NCBI GenBank assembly: GCA_963754655.1
Contig: CAVWGN010000001.1
Coordinates: forward strand, 2,880,001-2,944,000
Direction of reading: 5' to 3'
Source of the DNA: an uncultured Chlamydiae bacterium
GTDB lineage: Bacteria; Chlamydiota; Chlamydiia; Chlamydiales; Parachlamydiaceae
DNA: 64,000 bases
This document shows positions 1 to 10,758 of this stretch, piece by piece. The notes beneath the pieces were generated by a model. It was not told where the DNA came from. It searched no databases and saw only the letters and a list, made by a program, of their open reading frames with translations. The translations under genes and the position numbers were made by a program. The stretch's first letter is position 1. Each line of letters opens with the position of its first letter.

Positions 1-309
1 ATAAGTAGCGAAAGATCCAAAAGGAATGGTTGCTACAACTTGCAATACCTGTTGGGTAAATGCAGGTATTACAGTCCAATCAAAGGGAAGTGAGACGGAA
101 GAGTTTTTCTTTTGATAATACGCTTCTAACCATTCGGTGATAAGAGTTTCAAGATGTTGATTGGGCTGTTTGGAAGTAAAACTCCATTGCAACCTTTGTT
201 GACTAGGCTGAAGTAAAACAGACCGAATTCCATGTTGACCATATTCAATCTGAAGATGAAAATAAAGTTCTTGAGTGGCGTTTTTCAAATATTTAGAGGA
301 TGTTGACAT
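1..309 (-). CDS. ogt: Methylated-DNA--protein-cysteine methyltransferase, N-terminal part (runs off the window start)
   Basis: Manual translation from ATG at 309: MSTSSKYL...LPFDWTVIPAFTQQVLQVVATIPFGSFATY, the typical Ogt 'F..V...IP.G...TY' segment. Not in the ORF track. Confidence 0.8.
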   Translation of the reverse strand, partial: MSTSSKYLKNATQELYFHLQIEYGQHGIRSVLLQPSQQRLQWSFTSKQPNQHLETLITEWLEAYYQKKNSSVSLPFDWTVIPAFTQQVLQVVATIPFGSFATY

Positions 310-475
310 TAGACGACCGACATATCCTGACTTGGTAGATCTATTTTCCTATCGGCTACTTAGTTTATTTTATTACTCCAAATTAAGCAAATTAGAATGG
401 ATGAGAATAGATAATTTATTTAATTTAAAGTGAGTATTTCAGATTTATCCATCAAAAAAAATTTTGGGGAAAATA

Positions 476-1735
476 ATGACGCCAATCATGTTTGATGAAA
501 AAACTTGTTTATTACTCAAAAGCGAACAAAGTAAAAAATGTTGTTCGTGGAAGGGATTGGGGACTAAAACACAAATGCAAGCTCTCAAAATTACGGCGTT
601 TGTGCTCACTGCAGGATTAATAGGAATCACGGCTTATTCGGTTTATGACATCGTCGACACTTTGTATCATTATCCTTTATCAGATTATCATTCCATTATG
701 GCAATAACGAAATTAACATTATCCGCTTTATTGACAACGGGAATAATTTATTGCTTAATAACTAGGAAATGCCGTTATCAATGGATTAAAAGCCAGATTC
801 CTCATCATAAATTTTATCAAGGCGATACATTCACGCCTTTAAATTATTATTTTCAACAATCGGAAGATTTGGCAAACATTGCACAATGGAAACCTCACGT
901 CCGCCGCTTTTTAACTTACTTTGAAAAGAGTGATTTTTTGCTGCAGTGGCTGGCTTATAAGAAGTTTAATACTATTGAATCTGCCATTGAGCCTCTATGT
1001 CGCGAGCTACAAAAAGGACTCTGTTATGGTTATTCAATTGCACTTTTAACCTGTATGCCAAAATATGCCAATGAGAGCTGTTCAGCCTTACTTCAGCATA
1101 TTCAATTAGAAAATGTCGTAGATTTTCAGCTTTTAGATGAGTTTATCATTGATTGCATGAATAATGAGGGCGCCTATTCGGCTTTATGTAGAGCCTCTAT
1201 CGCTTTCAAATTTCGGAATCAATCTGTAGAATGGAGTGAGAGCCTTAAAGAAAGTGTCAAACCTGAATATGACTCCGAGGATTTTCTCTTTTTAAACATG
1301 CTGGGTTTTGATTTTAAAAAGCATGCAATGTGGTATCATGAAGATTATCTTAACGTCAATTCTATCAATTTTCAGCATATCCAGGAAACAATTGAACAGG
1401 GAGTGATGGAAATCAAAGAAGCACAAAAAAATGTCCGATCCTTAACAATTGCTGGAATAATTGATTTAAAAGAAAGCAAAGCAAAAGAAGAAAAAGAGGG
1501 AGAACATGCAGGCCATGCGCTGTTTTTTCAACTTTCTGACGGCCATCATCGATTCCATGATTCTGGTTCAGAATTAGCAGGATTTTTTGAATTTCCCAAC
1601 GAGAAACTTTTTTTTGAGAATTTGCTCGAACATGTCAAAATCTGGCCTGAATTTAAAGATGGATGCATCCGTTTCACAATCATCGGATTTTCTGGAGATC
1701 AGCTATCAAATCTCGATAGCATTTTTATTTCATAA
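476..1735 (+). CDS. Membrane-anchored hypothetical protein with a YopT/C58-like cysteine protease motif set (putative effector)
   Basis: Two N-terminal hydrophobic segments, then GLCYGYS...GHA...FHDSG...GFFEF. ATG at 476 preferred over TTG at 464. Confidence 0.55.
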   Translation: MTPIMFDEKTCLLLKSEQSKKCCSWKGLGTKTQMQALKITAFVLTAGLIGITAYSVYDIVDTLYHYPLSDYHSIMAITKLTLSALLTTGIIYCLITRKCRYQWIKSQIPHHKFYQGDTFTPLNYYFQQSEDLANIAQWKPHVRRFLTYFEKSDFLLQWLAYKKFNTIESAIEPLCRELQKGLCYGYSIALLTCMPKYANESCSALLQHIQLENVVDFQLLDEFIIDCMNNEGAYSALCRASIAFKFRNQSVEWSESLKESVKPEYDSEDFLFLNMLGFDFKKHAMWYHEDYLNVNSINFQHIQETIEQGVMEIKEAQKNVRSLTIAGIIDLKESKAKEEKEGEHAGHALFFQLSDGHHRFHDSGSELAGFFEFPNEKLFFENLLEHVKIWPEFKDGCIRFTIIGFSGDQLSNLDSIFIS

Positions 1736-1825
1736 AAACGAGCTATGCGCTATCAAAAAGCATGATAAAGTGAGTCTCACTCAACACTTAAAATTCATAT
1801 TGAAGGATCGAAAGCATAAAACCTT

Positions 1826-2404
1826 ATGATAATGTTTAAGCATTTTCAGGACTATTATTGGAAAGAAGGAAAACCTTATGGCAGCCAAGAAGTGGAACCA
1901 ATCGAAGCTCCCATTTCCTATAAAATTGCTGTAGATCCCTATTACAAACGCTTTTCAATTGAAAAATATCAATACACTGGTTTCGACAAAGTCATCTATG
2001 ATTCTTGTTTGCTTGATTTCCGCCATCTGACACTTAAAGATCAAATGGCTTGGCAACGGGAAATTCTCAAAGAAGAAAAAGATTTATCCATTTGTCTTTT
2101 ACGCAATCAAGACGACCGAGCCATTCTCATTGAAACATTGTCTTTTGAAAACAATCAATGCCGAACATGCCAGACAAATTCAGTGCATGGCATTCCTCTC
2201 TCTATCCATCGCATGTACTATCAATGCTTACAGGATTCTTTTGATGGAGTTATCCTCTATGATATTGAGAAACGTCCCGTGATGATAAAAGTTTATGAGA
2301 CTGATCGAGTGACAGGTGAATTCACGAATTTGTTAATGGAAGATTGGAATATGCAAATTCCTCCTGCTTTATACATAAATGAACTCACAAATTGCAATTT
2401 TTGA
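1826..2404 (+). CDS. Hypothetical protein
   Basis: 192-aa ORF with no recognisable motif. Confidence 0.7.
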   Translation: MIMFKHFQDYYWKEGKPYGSQEVEPIEAPISYKIAVDPYYKRFSIEKYQYTGFDKVIYDSCLLDFRHLTLKDQMAWQREILKEEKDLSICLLRNQDDRAILIETLSFENNQCRTCQTNSVHGIPLSIHRMYYQCLQDSFDGVILYDIEKRPVMIKVYETDRVTGEFTNLLMEDWNMQIPPALYINELTNCNF

Positions 2405-2427
2405 GCTCTCTTGTGTATATTTCAAAT

Positions 2428-2703
2428 ATGCCTAACTTAACTTTTTGTAAACAAAATCACTCCGTGCGTTTAAAAGAAGGAACAGAACTCTTGCGAGTGC
2501 CCTATCTTGACTCAAGTACTCCGCTGAGATTTGGCTGTTGCAAGGGGCTATGTGGAACTTGTGCCATTAAGATAGCAGCAGGCAAAGAAAATCTCTCTCC
2601 TCAAACCAAGCAAGAACAAGAGACTCTTTGCCGTTTGCAATTAGATTCACACCGCCTAGCTTGTCAATGCGCTTTAACAGGCGATGTCGTCATTGATGCT
2701 TAA
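2428..2703 (+). CDS. 2Fe-2S ferredoxin
   Basis: GCCKGLCGTC...RLACQC cluster motif; ATG at 2428. Confidence 0.9.
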   Translation: MPNLTFCKQNHSVRLKEGTELLRVPYLDSSTPLRFGCCKGLCGTCAIKIAAGKENLSPQTKQEQETLCRLQLDSHRLACQCALTGDVVIDA

Positions 2704-2870
2704 TGTTGAATGTTAGAATGAATAGACGGAAACATTAAGCTCTTTTATTGCTGAGTGATGGTTTTAAATTTAATTAAAAAAATTTTAATTTATATCGCTT
2801 GAGATCATAATTAATTAATAAATTTTAATTTAACTCATAATGTTTTTAAGTTTCGCTCTCTTCTGCCGTT

Positions 2871-3830
2871 CTATTGATTATTCAACATATCAAATGTGGA
2901 TTTATTGGATACGGGACGATTGCGAAAGTACCAATCCATTTGAGTAGTGTTACCCACATAGCTATAAGCAGGACCATGCTTTTGGCCTTGTATCCATGTG
3001 ATTTCTTGTGCAACACTCTGTCCATCATCGCGGTAGCGACGTTCAATGCCATGCCTGCGCCCATTGACATAAGGCACTTCAGTCCGTTTTTCACCTTGCT
3101 CAAACACACACGTAGTTCCATGTTGCATATTATCCTTCCACATTTCTATCGTTGCTGGTTCGCCCCCCGATGAATAGGTGCGACGCTCCCCTTCTATGAC
3201 TCCATTGACATAAGGACTAACTGTGGCAGGTACGCCATTGGGATGATAGGTTGACTTGAGCACCATTTGGCCATTTTGAATCGTATCAACAGATTGCAAT
3301 TGCCCTTGACCATCACGACACGTCCTCAAGCCATTGCCTTGTTCAATGCGCGATTCGATTTGTTGACCTATGCTATAATATTCTCCATGCATCAAATTTC
3401 CGTTTTCAATCTGTTCACGGGAATAAGGAGCCCCGCTTTCATACCATGTAATGACATATTGAGAATGAGGAGGCTGATACATCACTTGGCTTTGAGGAAA
3501 TCCATTAGGATAATGAGACACCTCCTGCTTTAAATTTCCCTGCTCATACACTTCTTTTTTTTGAATGACATCGCGATGTGGAAAAGTATAAGAACATTCT
3601 CCATGTAAAACACCTGCTTCATAATTACGCGTGACAGCAACACCATCTTTGCGCATAGAAGTCACCTGGCCATATTGGCCGCGCTCCGACCAATCTTGTG
3701 GCTCTAAAGGAACTCCATATCGATGCACGGTTTCACATACCACTTCATCGCAACAATCGTAATGAGATTGGCATGAGGTGATCGATGATCCTACAAGGAT
3801 GAAGAAACAGAAGAAACGAGGCAATTTCAT
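2871..3830 (-). CDS. MORN-variant/YwqK-like repeat lipoprotein
   Basis: Signal peptide with ITSC lipobox; repeated 'Y.NG...G....Y' units; directly downstream of pheT. Confidence 0.8.
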   Translation of the reverse strand: MKLPRFFCFFILVGSSITSCQSHYDCCDEVVCETVHRYGVPLEPQDWSERGQYGQVTSMRKDGVAVTRNYEAGVLHGECSYTFPHRDVIQKKEVYEQGNLKQEVSHYPNGFPQSQVMYQPPHSQYVITWYESGAPYSREQIENGNLMHGEYYSIGQQIESRIEQGNGLRTCRDGQGQLQSVDTIQNGQMVLKSTYHPNGVPATVSPYVNGVIEGERRTYSSGGEPATIEMWKDNMQHGTTCVFEQGEKRTEVPYVNGRRHGIERRYRDDGQSVAQEITWIQGQKHGPAYSYVGNTTQMDWYFRNRPVSNKSTFDMLNNQ

Positions 3831-3849
3831 AACATACTCCAAATTGAAC

Positions 3850-6249
3850 TCAAATTTTAACTGCGTCACTTAATTGGTCTATAACAGCTTTCGTCAAGCG
3901 TTGGTGTTCGGCTTCTACCCTTTCTTGTTCAATGGTTTTAGAAGGATCGCGATAGACGAAATGCAAAGTCATATTTTGATAATCTGCACCGATCTTCTCA
4001 CTGCGATAGATATCCTTTAAGGACACTTCTTCTAAAATGGCAGAGCTTTGTTTTTGAATAATCTCTAAAATTTTTGCAAAACCAACTGAATTTTTAACAG
4101 TAAATGTCCAATCGCGCTCTGAACTAGGATAAATCGCTAAAGGCTTGACTTGTTCAAGCGGCTTGGCAATTTGCAATAAATCCTGCAAATTAAATTCGCC
4201 AAATAAAATGCGTTGAGGCACATCTAGAAGGCGCTGAATTGTAGGATGAATCTCTCCTATCGAGCCAATTTCCAACGAATCAATGAAAATAGAGGCTTGC
4301 CTTCCAGAGTGAAAAGTCTCAAGACCAATATTTTTAAAGACATAGTTTTCAATTCCAAACGCATTTAATAAATTTTCGATAATCCCTTTCAGATCAAAAA
4401 AATCAAAATCGCGAGGTTTTTGATCCCAATGAGGAGGATGCGCCTGCCCCATCATCATAATCCCCACAACAGGCTGTTCCTTATACTGCTCTCCTTCACG
4501 GAAGTGAATTCGCCCCACTTCGAATCCTGCTACATTGCGAATTTGATGGTCAAAATTGTATTTGGCCACCTGCAATAGCCCTGGAAGCAACGAGGTGCGT
4601 AAAATAGATTGTTCAATAGAGGTTGGGTTTAAAACCTTGATAATGGACTCAGCCGGCATGGATTGATCCTGCACAATCTGCGTGAGAGTAGGACCAATGA
4701 GATCGCATGTTAAAAATTCTTGCAATCCTTCTCCTATCAGCCTGGAGCGGATTTCTTTTTCAAAAAGATAAATGGGTATAGAAGGCAAAGCAGAAGCCTG
4801 GTAACGTCCTCGAGTGCGTGGAAGATGATCATATCCATATAAACGCGCAATTTCTTCAATTAAATCGATTTCAGCTTTGATATCGCCGCGATAAGTGGGA
4901 ATGCGAACTATGAATTGATCCTGCCCGTCCCATTGATAGGGAAATTGCAGCCTCTTAAACACATCCTCCACCTCTCCACGGCTGAAAACTCTGCCAAGAA
5001 TCTGGTTGACGCGGCTGAGACGACAATTGACAATGGTTTCTGGAAACTCTTTTGACTGAATATCCAAAACGCCAGAAAGAATCTCTCCACCTGTCACTTT
5101 TTGGATGAGCATGGCAGTACGATTTAAGACCATCAAGATTTGATTGGGATCTGTTCCCCTCTCAAACCGCTTAGAGGCATCTGTTTGCAATCCTAATTGC
5201 TTGCTTGTCCGTCGAATACTCATTGGATCAAAATAAGCGGACTCTAAAACGAATGTGTGAGTCTGGTTTTGAATCTCACTATTTAACCCACCCATCACGC
5301 CTGCAATTGCGATAGGTCTTAAACTATCGCCAATCACTAGCATCGTTTCTTTGAGAGCTCTTTCCTTGCTATCCAGCGTTTTAATGATTTCGTTTTCCTT
5401 AGCTTTTCTTACCACAATTTCTTGTCCTTCCAAGAGATCATAGTCAAAAGCATGTAAAGGATGTCCCATCTCTAATAAGACATAATTCGTGACATCGACG
5501 ACATTATTGACGCTGCGCAACCCACATTTCTCCAAGCGCATTTTAAGCCAATTAGGTGATGGACCCACTTTCCCATTTCGAATGACTCGGCAAGCATAGC
5601 GTGGACATTTCTCTTTATCAATTATGCGAACATGTAGAAAATCCTCAATAACCTCTTCTACTTCTTGCATCTCGATTTGAGGCAGATGCAAAGGTTGCTG
5701 AGTTAAGGCAGCCAATTCACGCGCTACTCCCATCACACTAGAACAATGACTTAAATTAGGCGTCAACGAAATATCAAAATAGGTATCGGCATAAAGATCA
5801 TATAAGGAAGATCCTTCGGTTAAATCAATGGGCAAATCGAGAATGCCTTCATGCTGCTCTGACAATCCCAATTCATACTCGGAACACAACATGCCCTCGG
5901 ATTCAATTCCTCGGATCTTTGTTTTTTTAATTGTCACAACCTGATCGACCAGTTTAAGGGCTGTTCCAACACGGGCCAAAGCAGTCTTCATTCCAGCACG
6001 GCAATTAGGTGCTCCGCAAACGATTTGATAAGTCTTTTGGCCATCTGTTACAATAGCAAGGGTTAATTTATCGGCATTGGGATGTTTGTTGGCTTCAATC
6101 ACGCGCGCAACTACAACATCTTTTAAGTTCTCTCCAATCGTTTCATAGTGGTCGACCTCTAAACCCGCCATTGTCAATATTTGAGCAATTTCATCAGGCG
6201 TCTGGGAAAGAGAAATATATTCTTGCAGCCAAGATAAAGGAATACGCAT
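3850..6249 (-). CDS. pheT: Phenylalanine--tRNA ligase beta subunit
   Basis: 799 aa; MRIPLSWL start, HPNADKL, VCGAPN, SKRFERG, DLIEEIARLYGY. Confidence 0.97.
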   Translation of the reverse strand: MRIPLSWLQEYISLSQTPDEIAQILTMAGLEVDHYETIGENLKDVVVARVIEANKHPNADKLTLAIVTDGQKTYQIVCGAPNCRAGMKTALARVGTALKLVDQVVTIKKTKIRGIESEGMLCSEYELGLSEQHEGILDLPIDLTEGSSLYDLYADTYFDISLTPNLSHCSSVMGVARELAALTQQPLHLPQIEMQEVEEVIEDFLHVRIIDKEKCPRYACRVIRNGKVGPSPNWLKMRLEKCGLRSVNNVVDVTNYVLLEMGHPLHAFDYDLLEGQEIVVRKAKENEIIKTLDSKERALKETMLVIGDSLRPIAIAGVMGGLNSEIQNQTHTFVLESAYFDPMSIRRTSKQLGLQTDASKRFERGTDPNQILMVLNRTAMLIQKVTGGEILSGVLDIQSKEFPETIVNCRLSRVNQILGRVFSRGEVEDVFKRLQFPYQWDGQDQFIVRIPTYRGDIKAEIDLIEEIARLYGYDHLPRTRGRYQASALPSIPIYLFEKEIRSRLIGEGLQEFLTCDLIGPTLTQIVQDQSMPAESIIKVLNPTSIEQSILRTSLLPGLLQVAKYNFDHQIRNVAGFEVGRIHFREGEQYKEQPVVGIMMMGQAHPPHWDQKPRDFDFFDLKGIIENLLNAFGIENYVFKNIGLETFHSGRQASIFIDSLEIGSIGEIHPTIQRLLDVPQRILFGEFNLQDLLQIAKPLEQVKPLAIYPSSERDWTFTVKNSVGFAKILEIIQKQSSAILEEVSLKDIYRSEKIGADYQNMTLHFVYRDPSKTIEQERVEAEHQRLTKAVIDQLSDAVKI

Positions 6250-6508
6250 AACACCTAAAGGTTAAAAACTTCGGAAAAACTCTTCCTCATTTAGAATGAG
6301 GAATTTTTAAATTTTTAATTATTTTTACTCGCGCTACTTTTTAGAAAGACTTTTTATAGCATATTCTGGCGTATTGCTAAAAGGAAAAAGCTTTTATGAA
6401 TTCTAAAGTCATTTAATTTTATGCATTTTTTTTGTTCATTTATGCTATCGTCATTGGCAATTTGCATTTAACATTAATTCTTTCATGATTTTAAGGAGAA
6501 TAAAAACT

Positions 6509-6940
6509 ATGGCTGTAGAGCATACTTTATCTATTATTAAACCTGATGCCGTGGGCAACAATCACATTGGAGAAATCATTACTCGTTTTGAGAAATCAGG
6601 CTTACGTGTGATTGCAGCAAAGATGAAGCATTTGACTCAGCGAGATGCAGAAGGTTTCTACGCTGTGCATAAGGAGCGCCCTTTCTTCAAAGATTTAGTT
6701 TCATTTATGATAACCGGGCCTGTCCTCATGATGGTGTTGGAAGGAGAAAATGCCATTGCCAAAAATAGAGACCTTATGGGAGCGACCGATCCTAAAAAAG
6801 CAGCTCCTGGAACGATTCGGGCAGATTTTGCAAAAACAATCGATGAGAATGCTGTCCACGGTTCTGATAGCCAAGAGACAGCGCGTATAGAAATTGGTTA
6901 TTTCTTTAAACCCGAAGAAATTTGTACAAGGACGCGTTAA
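6509..6940 (+). CDS. ndk: Nucleoside diphosphate kinase
   Basis: [10 protein letters not shown]...[11 protein letters not shown] at 6509 after AGGAG. Confidence 0.97.
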   Translation: MAVEHTLSIIKPDAVGNNHIGEIITRFEKSGLRVIAAKMKHLTQRDAEGFYAVHKERPFFKDLVSFMITGPVLMMVLEGENAIAKNRDLMGATDPKKAAPGTIRADFAKTIDENAVHGSDSQETARIEIGYFFKPEEICTRTR

Positions 6941-6946
6941 GGACAT

Positions 6947-7525
6947 TTGTTACTTTTCATCGATAATTTTGATTCTTTTACCTATAATCTCGTGCAATAT
7001 TTCCAAATATTAGGTATTGAAACGCATGTCGTAAGAGGTCAATCGAAAACTGTTCAAGAATGCCTGGCTCTAAGTCCAAGTTACATTGTGATTGGACCAG
7101 GTCCAGGCACTCCTTCTCAGGCCCTTCTTTCAAAAGAACTGATGTTGAAATACCCTAAAAACATTCCTCTTTTAGGAATATGCTTAGGACATCAAGCTTT
7201 AGCTGAAATCTATGGCGGAGTGATCAAGCGAGCCCACATGCCTATGCATGGCAAAACAAGTCCTATTTTTCATTTGAATAGAGGAATATTTTGCGGACTT
7301 CCCCAAGGCTTTATAGCAACACGCTACCACTCTCTTATTGTAGAGGAAGCCACTCTTCCCTCCTGTTTAGAAATTACAGCAAGAGCAGATACCCAAGAAA
7401 TCATGGGACTGCGCCATCGGTTTTTAGCACAGCAAAGCGTGCAATTTCATCCTGAATCCATCTTGACAGAACAGGGTTTTTCTCTTTTGAGGAATTTCCT
7501 TGACAAGCTCGCTTTGTCCCGCTAA
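6947..7525 (+). CDS. pabA: Aminodeoxychorismate/anthranilate synthase component II (glutamine amidotransferase)
   Basis: IDNFDSFTYN, GPGPG, GICLGHQ, RYHSL, QFHPES. Confidence 0.9.
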   Translation: MLLFIDNFDSFTYNLVQYFQILGIETHVVRGQSKTVQECLALSPSYIVIGPGPGTPSQALLSKELMLKYPKNIPLLGICLGHQALAEIYGGVIKRAHMPMHGKTSPIFHLNRGIFCGLPQGFIATRYHSLIVEEATLPSCLEITARADTQEIMGLRHRFLAQQSVQFHPESILTEQGFSLLRNFLDKLALSR

Positions 7526-7576
7526 TTTTTGTTTATAGGTTTATTCCAAATTTCAACTAACCCTTAGGGATTTATT

Positions 7577-8275
7577 ATGAAGTATTTTTCTTTTTTGGCC
7601 CTCTTGACTTCGCTTGTCTTGCAAGCAGGGCTTATGGCTCAGCCCTATCAAAATAATCAACCTGCACCTCAAATAGAAGTGCAAGTCCAAAAGCTTCCTT
7701 CTAATCATGAAGAAGGGAGTTATTTTCCAAAAGGTACTTATACTGGTCAAACACAAGCGGGTAACAAAGACGAAAATCGCCTTTCCAATTCTGGATATGC
7801 AAATGATGCTTATGCTCCTCCTCAATCTGATGAATTGCGCCCCAATCAAAAAATTGAACGCACTCTCTCTATTTTGAAACCTGATGCTTTAAAAAATAGA
7901 CATGTTGGCGATATCATTTCTCGCTTTGAAGATGCAGGCTTACGTGTGGCTGCGATTAAAATGATCAGATTGAGCTCGGAGCAAGCCAGTCAATTTTATA
8001 GCATGCATCGCGAACGCCTCTTCTTCCCTGATCTTGTCAAATATATGTCATCTGGCCCCATCATTGTGATAGTCCTAGAGGGCAATCAAGCAATCAGCAA
8101 GAATCGACAATTGATGGGCAGCACTGACCCCAAAAAAGCAGAAAAAGGAACCATTCGTGCTGATTTTGCACAATCTATTACTGAAAATGCCGTTCATGGA
8201 TCAGATAGTCCTGAAGCAGCTCGACAAGAAATTGCCTTTTTCTTCCAACCTAATGAAATCTATACGGGATATTAA
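7577..8275 (+). CDS. Second nucleoside diphosphate kinase with signal peptide and ~70-aa linker
   Basis: Hydrophobic N-terminus ending LMA-Q; C-terminal TLSILKPDA...NAVHGSDS domain. Confidence 0.9.
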   Translation: MKYFSFLALLTSLVLQAGLMAQPYQNNQPAPQIEVQVQKLPSNHEEGSYFPKGTYTGQTQAGNKDENRLSNSGYANDAYAPPQSDELRPNQKIERTLSILKPDALKNRHVGDIISRFEDAGLRVAAIKMIRLSSEQASQFYSMHRERLFFPDLVKYMSSGPIIVIVLEGNQAISKNRQLMGSTDPKKAEKGTIRADFAQSITENAVHGSDSPEAARQEIAFFFQPNEIYTGY

Positions 8276-8494
8276 TTTCTAACTTTCATTTACTTGGCAA
8301 TAAAGTCGGCATCAACGAATGAAAATCTTATAAAGGACGAGCCACGTCATTAACTCACAATCTGTTGATGTCGTGGCGTTAGTTACAGGCTGTCGAACTA
8401 AGAAAATGAAGTTTAGGCTAAATCGCTTCAAATGAGAGAATTTGCATTGGTTGGGTTGGTTTTGCAGGAAATCCAAGCGCCAAAAGGTTGACTG

Positions 8495-8540
8495 TATTCC
8501 ATTACATTAGTTTTTGCCTATTGGGACAGTTTTAAATCCC
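8495..8540. repeat. Degenerate left end of family-D MITE-like palindrome
   Basis: GTATTCCATTACATTAGTTTTTGCCTATTGGGAC matches the ends at 14865, 27968 and 40926. Confidence 0.8.
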
Positions 8541-8830
8541 TATGCGTTAAGGTTAAGAGATGAACGTAGGCTACGCGACGCATTCAGTCGCCCGCCGCTT
8601 CGCTCTGGGCTCTAGGTGAGGGGTTGAGGACCCACCGTTCGGTCGCCCTCTGGGCTCGGTCACGGTGGGCTATTACCAGTCGTCCTCCGGACTCTAGCGG
8701 CAATGTAGAAGTCATTGAATGTTAGGTAAGGTCTTTGTTAATGCTGTTAGAATGCTAGTCAAGGCGTCTTGATCCTGCCGCTAGAGTCCGGAGGACGACT
8801 GGTAATAGCCCACCGTGACCGAGCCCGAAG

Positions 8831-10154
8831 AGTTGTGTCAAGTATTATGTGCAAATTGGTAAGAGATCTCATTAGGTTAAGCTATTTTTTCAACGCTCAG
8901 TTGTTCTTGTTTCTTTTGCTCTTTTAATAGATCCATATTTAAATATCTTTTATCTACCCATCCCTCATGAACCTCAACTGCAATTGCTAATATCAATCTT
9001 AAGCAACTCTCTTCATTTGGAAAAATTCTAATAACGTGTGTTCTTCTCTTAATTTCTTCATTTACTCTCTCGAGTAAGTTCGAACTTTTTAAATGCTTAT
9101 GATGTTGTTTTGGAAACTGGTAAAACGTTAATGTCTCAAAAATATTTTCCTCCACCCATGTACATAACTTTGGATACTTCATCATCCACTTCTCTAGCCA
9201 CATATTCAAATCTGTTTTGGCTTCTTTAATATCCTTTCTATCATAGATCCATCGCAATTCTTGTAAGCAATCGTCGTTTGCTTTTCTTGGTAAATAATCA
9301 ATTGCATTTCTTAAGAAATGAACATAACATCTTTGCCAAGGGATTTGATAAAATACTTCCATTATCGCTTTCCTAAGCCCTGCATGCTCATCACTAATAA
9401 TCAACTCAACTCCTATTAATCCTCTTTCTTTCAATCTCAATAGAAAATCTTTCCAACTATTGTGAGATTCTCGATTTGCAATTTCCACTGCTAATACTTG
9501 CCTGTAACCTTCTCCATTCACACCTACTGCAATTAATATAGCCTGCGATTTTACTATCCCATTTTCTCTAACTTTCTCATAACGAGCATCTACAATTAGA
9601 TAAGGATAAACTTCTGTCAATTTTCTATTTGCAAACTGCTTTAAGTCCTCGTCCAAGCTCTTATTGATGTTGCTTATTGTCGTCGCTGAAAATTCATGTC
9701 CGCAAAGTTCTTCTGTGATTGCCTTCACTTTCCTGGTTGATACTCCTTGGACATACATTTCTGCTAGAGCTGATACTAATGCTTTTTCCGATCTTTCATA
9801 TCGTTCAAAAAGCTCGGTAGAAAACATTCCCTCTCTGTCTCTTGGTACTTTTAGCTCTATATTGCCTATTCGCGTCACTAAGTGCCTTGTATAATAACCT
9901 GCTCTATAGCCTTTTCTTTCTTTGGATCTTTCACTCTTATTTGCTTCCAAAGTCTCGATCATTTCGGCTTCTAAAAAATTTTCGAGAGCAGTTTTCATAA
10001 GAGACTTCATTAAATCAACATCTTGTTCAATAACTTCTTTAGATAATTTGTTTTTCTCAATAGAATACTTTTTGGTCATGGTATACCTCTTTTTGTAGTT
10101 AATAAGAGATCATCTTACCATGACCTTTTTTTGCACATAATTTTTTACACAATC
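8831..10154 (-). mobile_element. IS256-family insertion sequence (1324 bp)
   Basis: Imperfect TIRs AGTTGTGTCAAGTATTATGTGCAA / TTGCACATAATTTTTTACACAATC; 8-bp TSD GCCCGAAG at 8823-8830 and 10155-10162. Confidence 0.95.
8877..10079 (-). CDS. IS256-family (Mutator) transposase
   Basis: VPRDR, GVSTRKV, VDARYEKVR, ISDEHAGL, QRCYVHFLRN, LERVNEEIKRR. Confidence 0.96.
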   Translation of the reverse strand: MTKKYSIEKNKLSKEVIEQDVDLMKSLMKTALENFLEAEMIETLEANKSERSKERKGYRAGYYTRHLVTRIGNIELKVPRDREGMFSTELFERYERSEKALVSALAEMYVQGVSTRKVKAITEELCGHEFSATTISNINKSLDEDLKQFANRKLTEVYPYLIVDARYEKVRENGIVKSQAILIAVGVNGEGYRQVLAVEIANRESHNSWKDFLLRLKERGLIGVELIISDEHAGLRKAIMEVFYQIPWQRCYVHFLRNAIDYLPRKANDDCLQELRWIYDRKDIKEAKTDLNMWLEKWMMKYPKLCTWVEENIFETLTFYQFPKQHHKHLKSSNLLERVNEEIKRRTHVIRIFPNEESCLRLILAIAVEVHEGWVDKRYLNMDLLKEQKKQEQLSVEKIA

Positions 10155-10229
10155 GCCCGAAGGGCGACCGAACGGTGGGTCCGGCACCCCCAAATAGAGC
10201 CCAGAGCGAAGCGGCGGGCGACTGAATGC

Positions 10230-10720
10230 CGTAATATAGCTAAAGAACAACTGTCTATTCTAACTTCTCTTGCATCAGGCACTGACGATCAAAAATTAGC
10301 GGTTATTAAAAACGATTCTATTGCAAAACTGTACCATAGGATTCACAGTCGCATGTGGCACATGACAAAAAGTGCGGTCATTTCCATACTTAAAAAATCT
10401 CTCAATTTTAATGATAAAAAAAATTTTGTTCAAACTGCTCGCTGTTTTGGAGGTATAGTATTTAAGGATATCCATGAAAGCTTTAAAAAAGATCGAGAGA
10501 TTGTCTTGGCTGCCGTTCAACAACATGGCATGGCTGTTCTATATGCAGATCAAAGCCTTCGAGAAGATCAAGAGATTTCCTGTGCTTCTAATAACCAGCT
10601 CTCTTCGATAAGCACATGAAAGTCTTCAAAAAGATCCAGCATTTGCCTTGGCTATCGTTCAGCAAAATGGCTAGGTTACTCAATTTGTAAATCTCAATTT
10701 CAAATCCGACGTGATGAAAC
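10230..10720 (+). pseudogene. Decayed DUF4116-type repeat protein
   Basis: FKKDREIVLAAVQQHGMAVLYADQSLREDQEI, continuing in another frame as ...SLQKDPAFALAIVQQNG*; no proper start after the palindrome. Confidence 0.65.
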
Positions 10721-10758
10721 GTCTGGCGTGCATCGGCTATGAATTTTTCAGACTTACT

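Larger units (their letters stand above)
8541..10229. repeat. Family-A REP-doublet palindrome, right arm interrupted by IS256 and truncated
   Basis: 8580-8702 is inverted relative to 8776-8830 plus 10163-10229; homologous to 14991-15360. Confidence 0.9.

Noticed and set aside
2871..3830. Toxin-antitoxin module (YwqK label)
   Set aside because: No adjacent toxin; it is a MORN-type lipoprotein in a housekeeping position after pheT.
8386..8492. Possible further MITE end (CAGGCTGTCGAACTAAG)
   Set aside because: Single occurrence in the window, with no partner inverted repeat or TSD.
10131..10229. N-terminus of the 162-aa ORF
   Set aside because: It is read through the IS256 end and the palindrome arm; only the downstream DUF4116-like part looks like real coding sequence.
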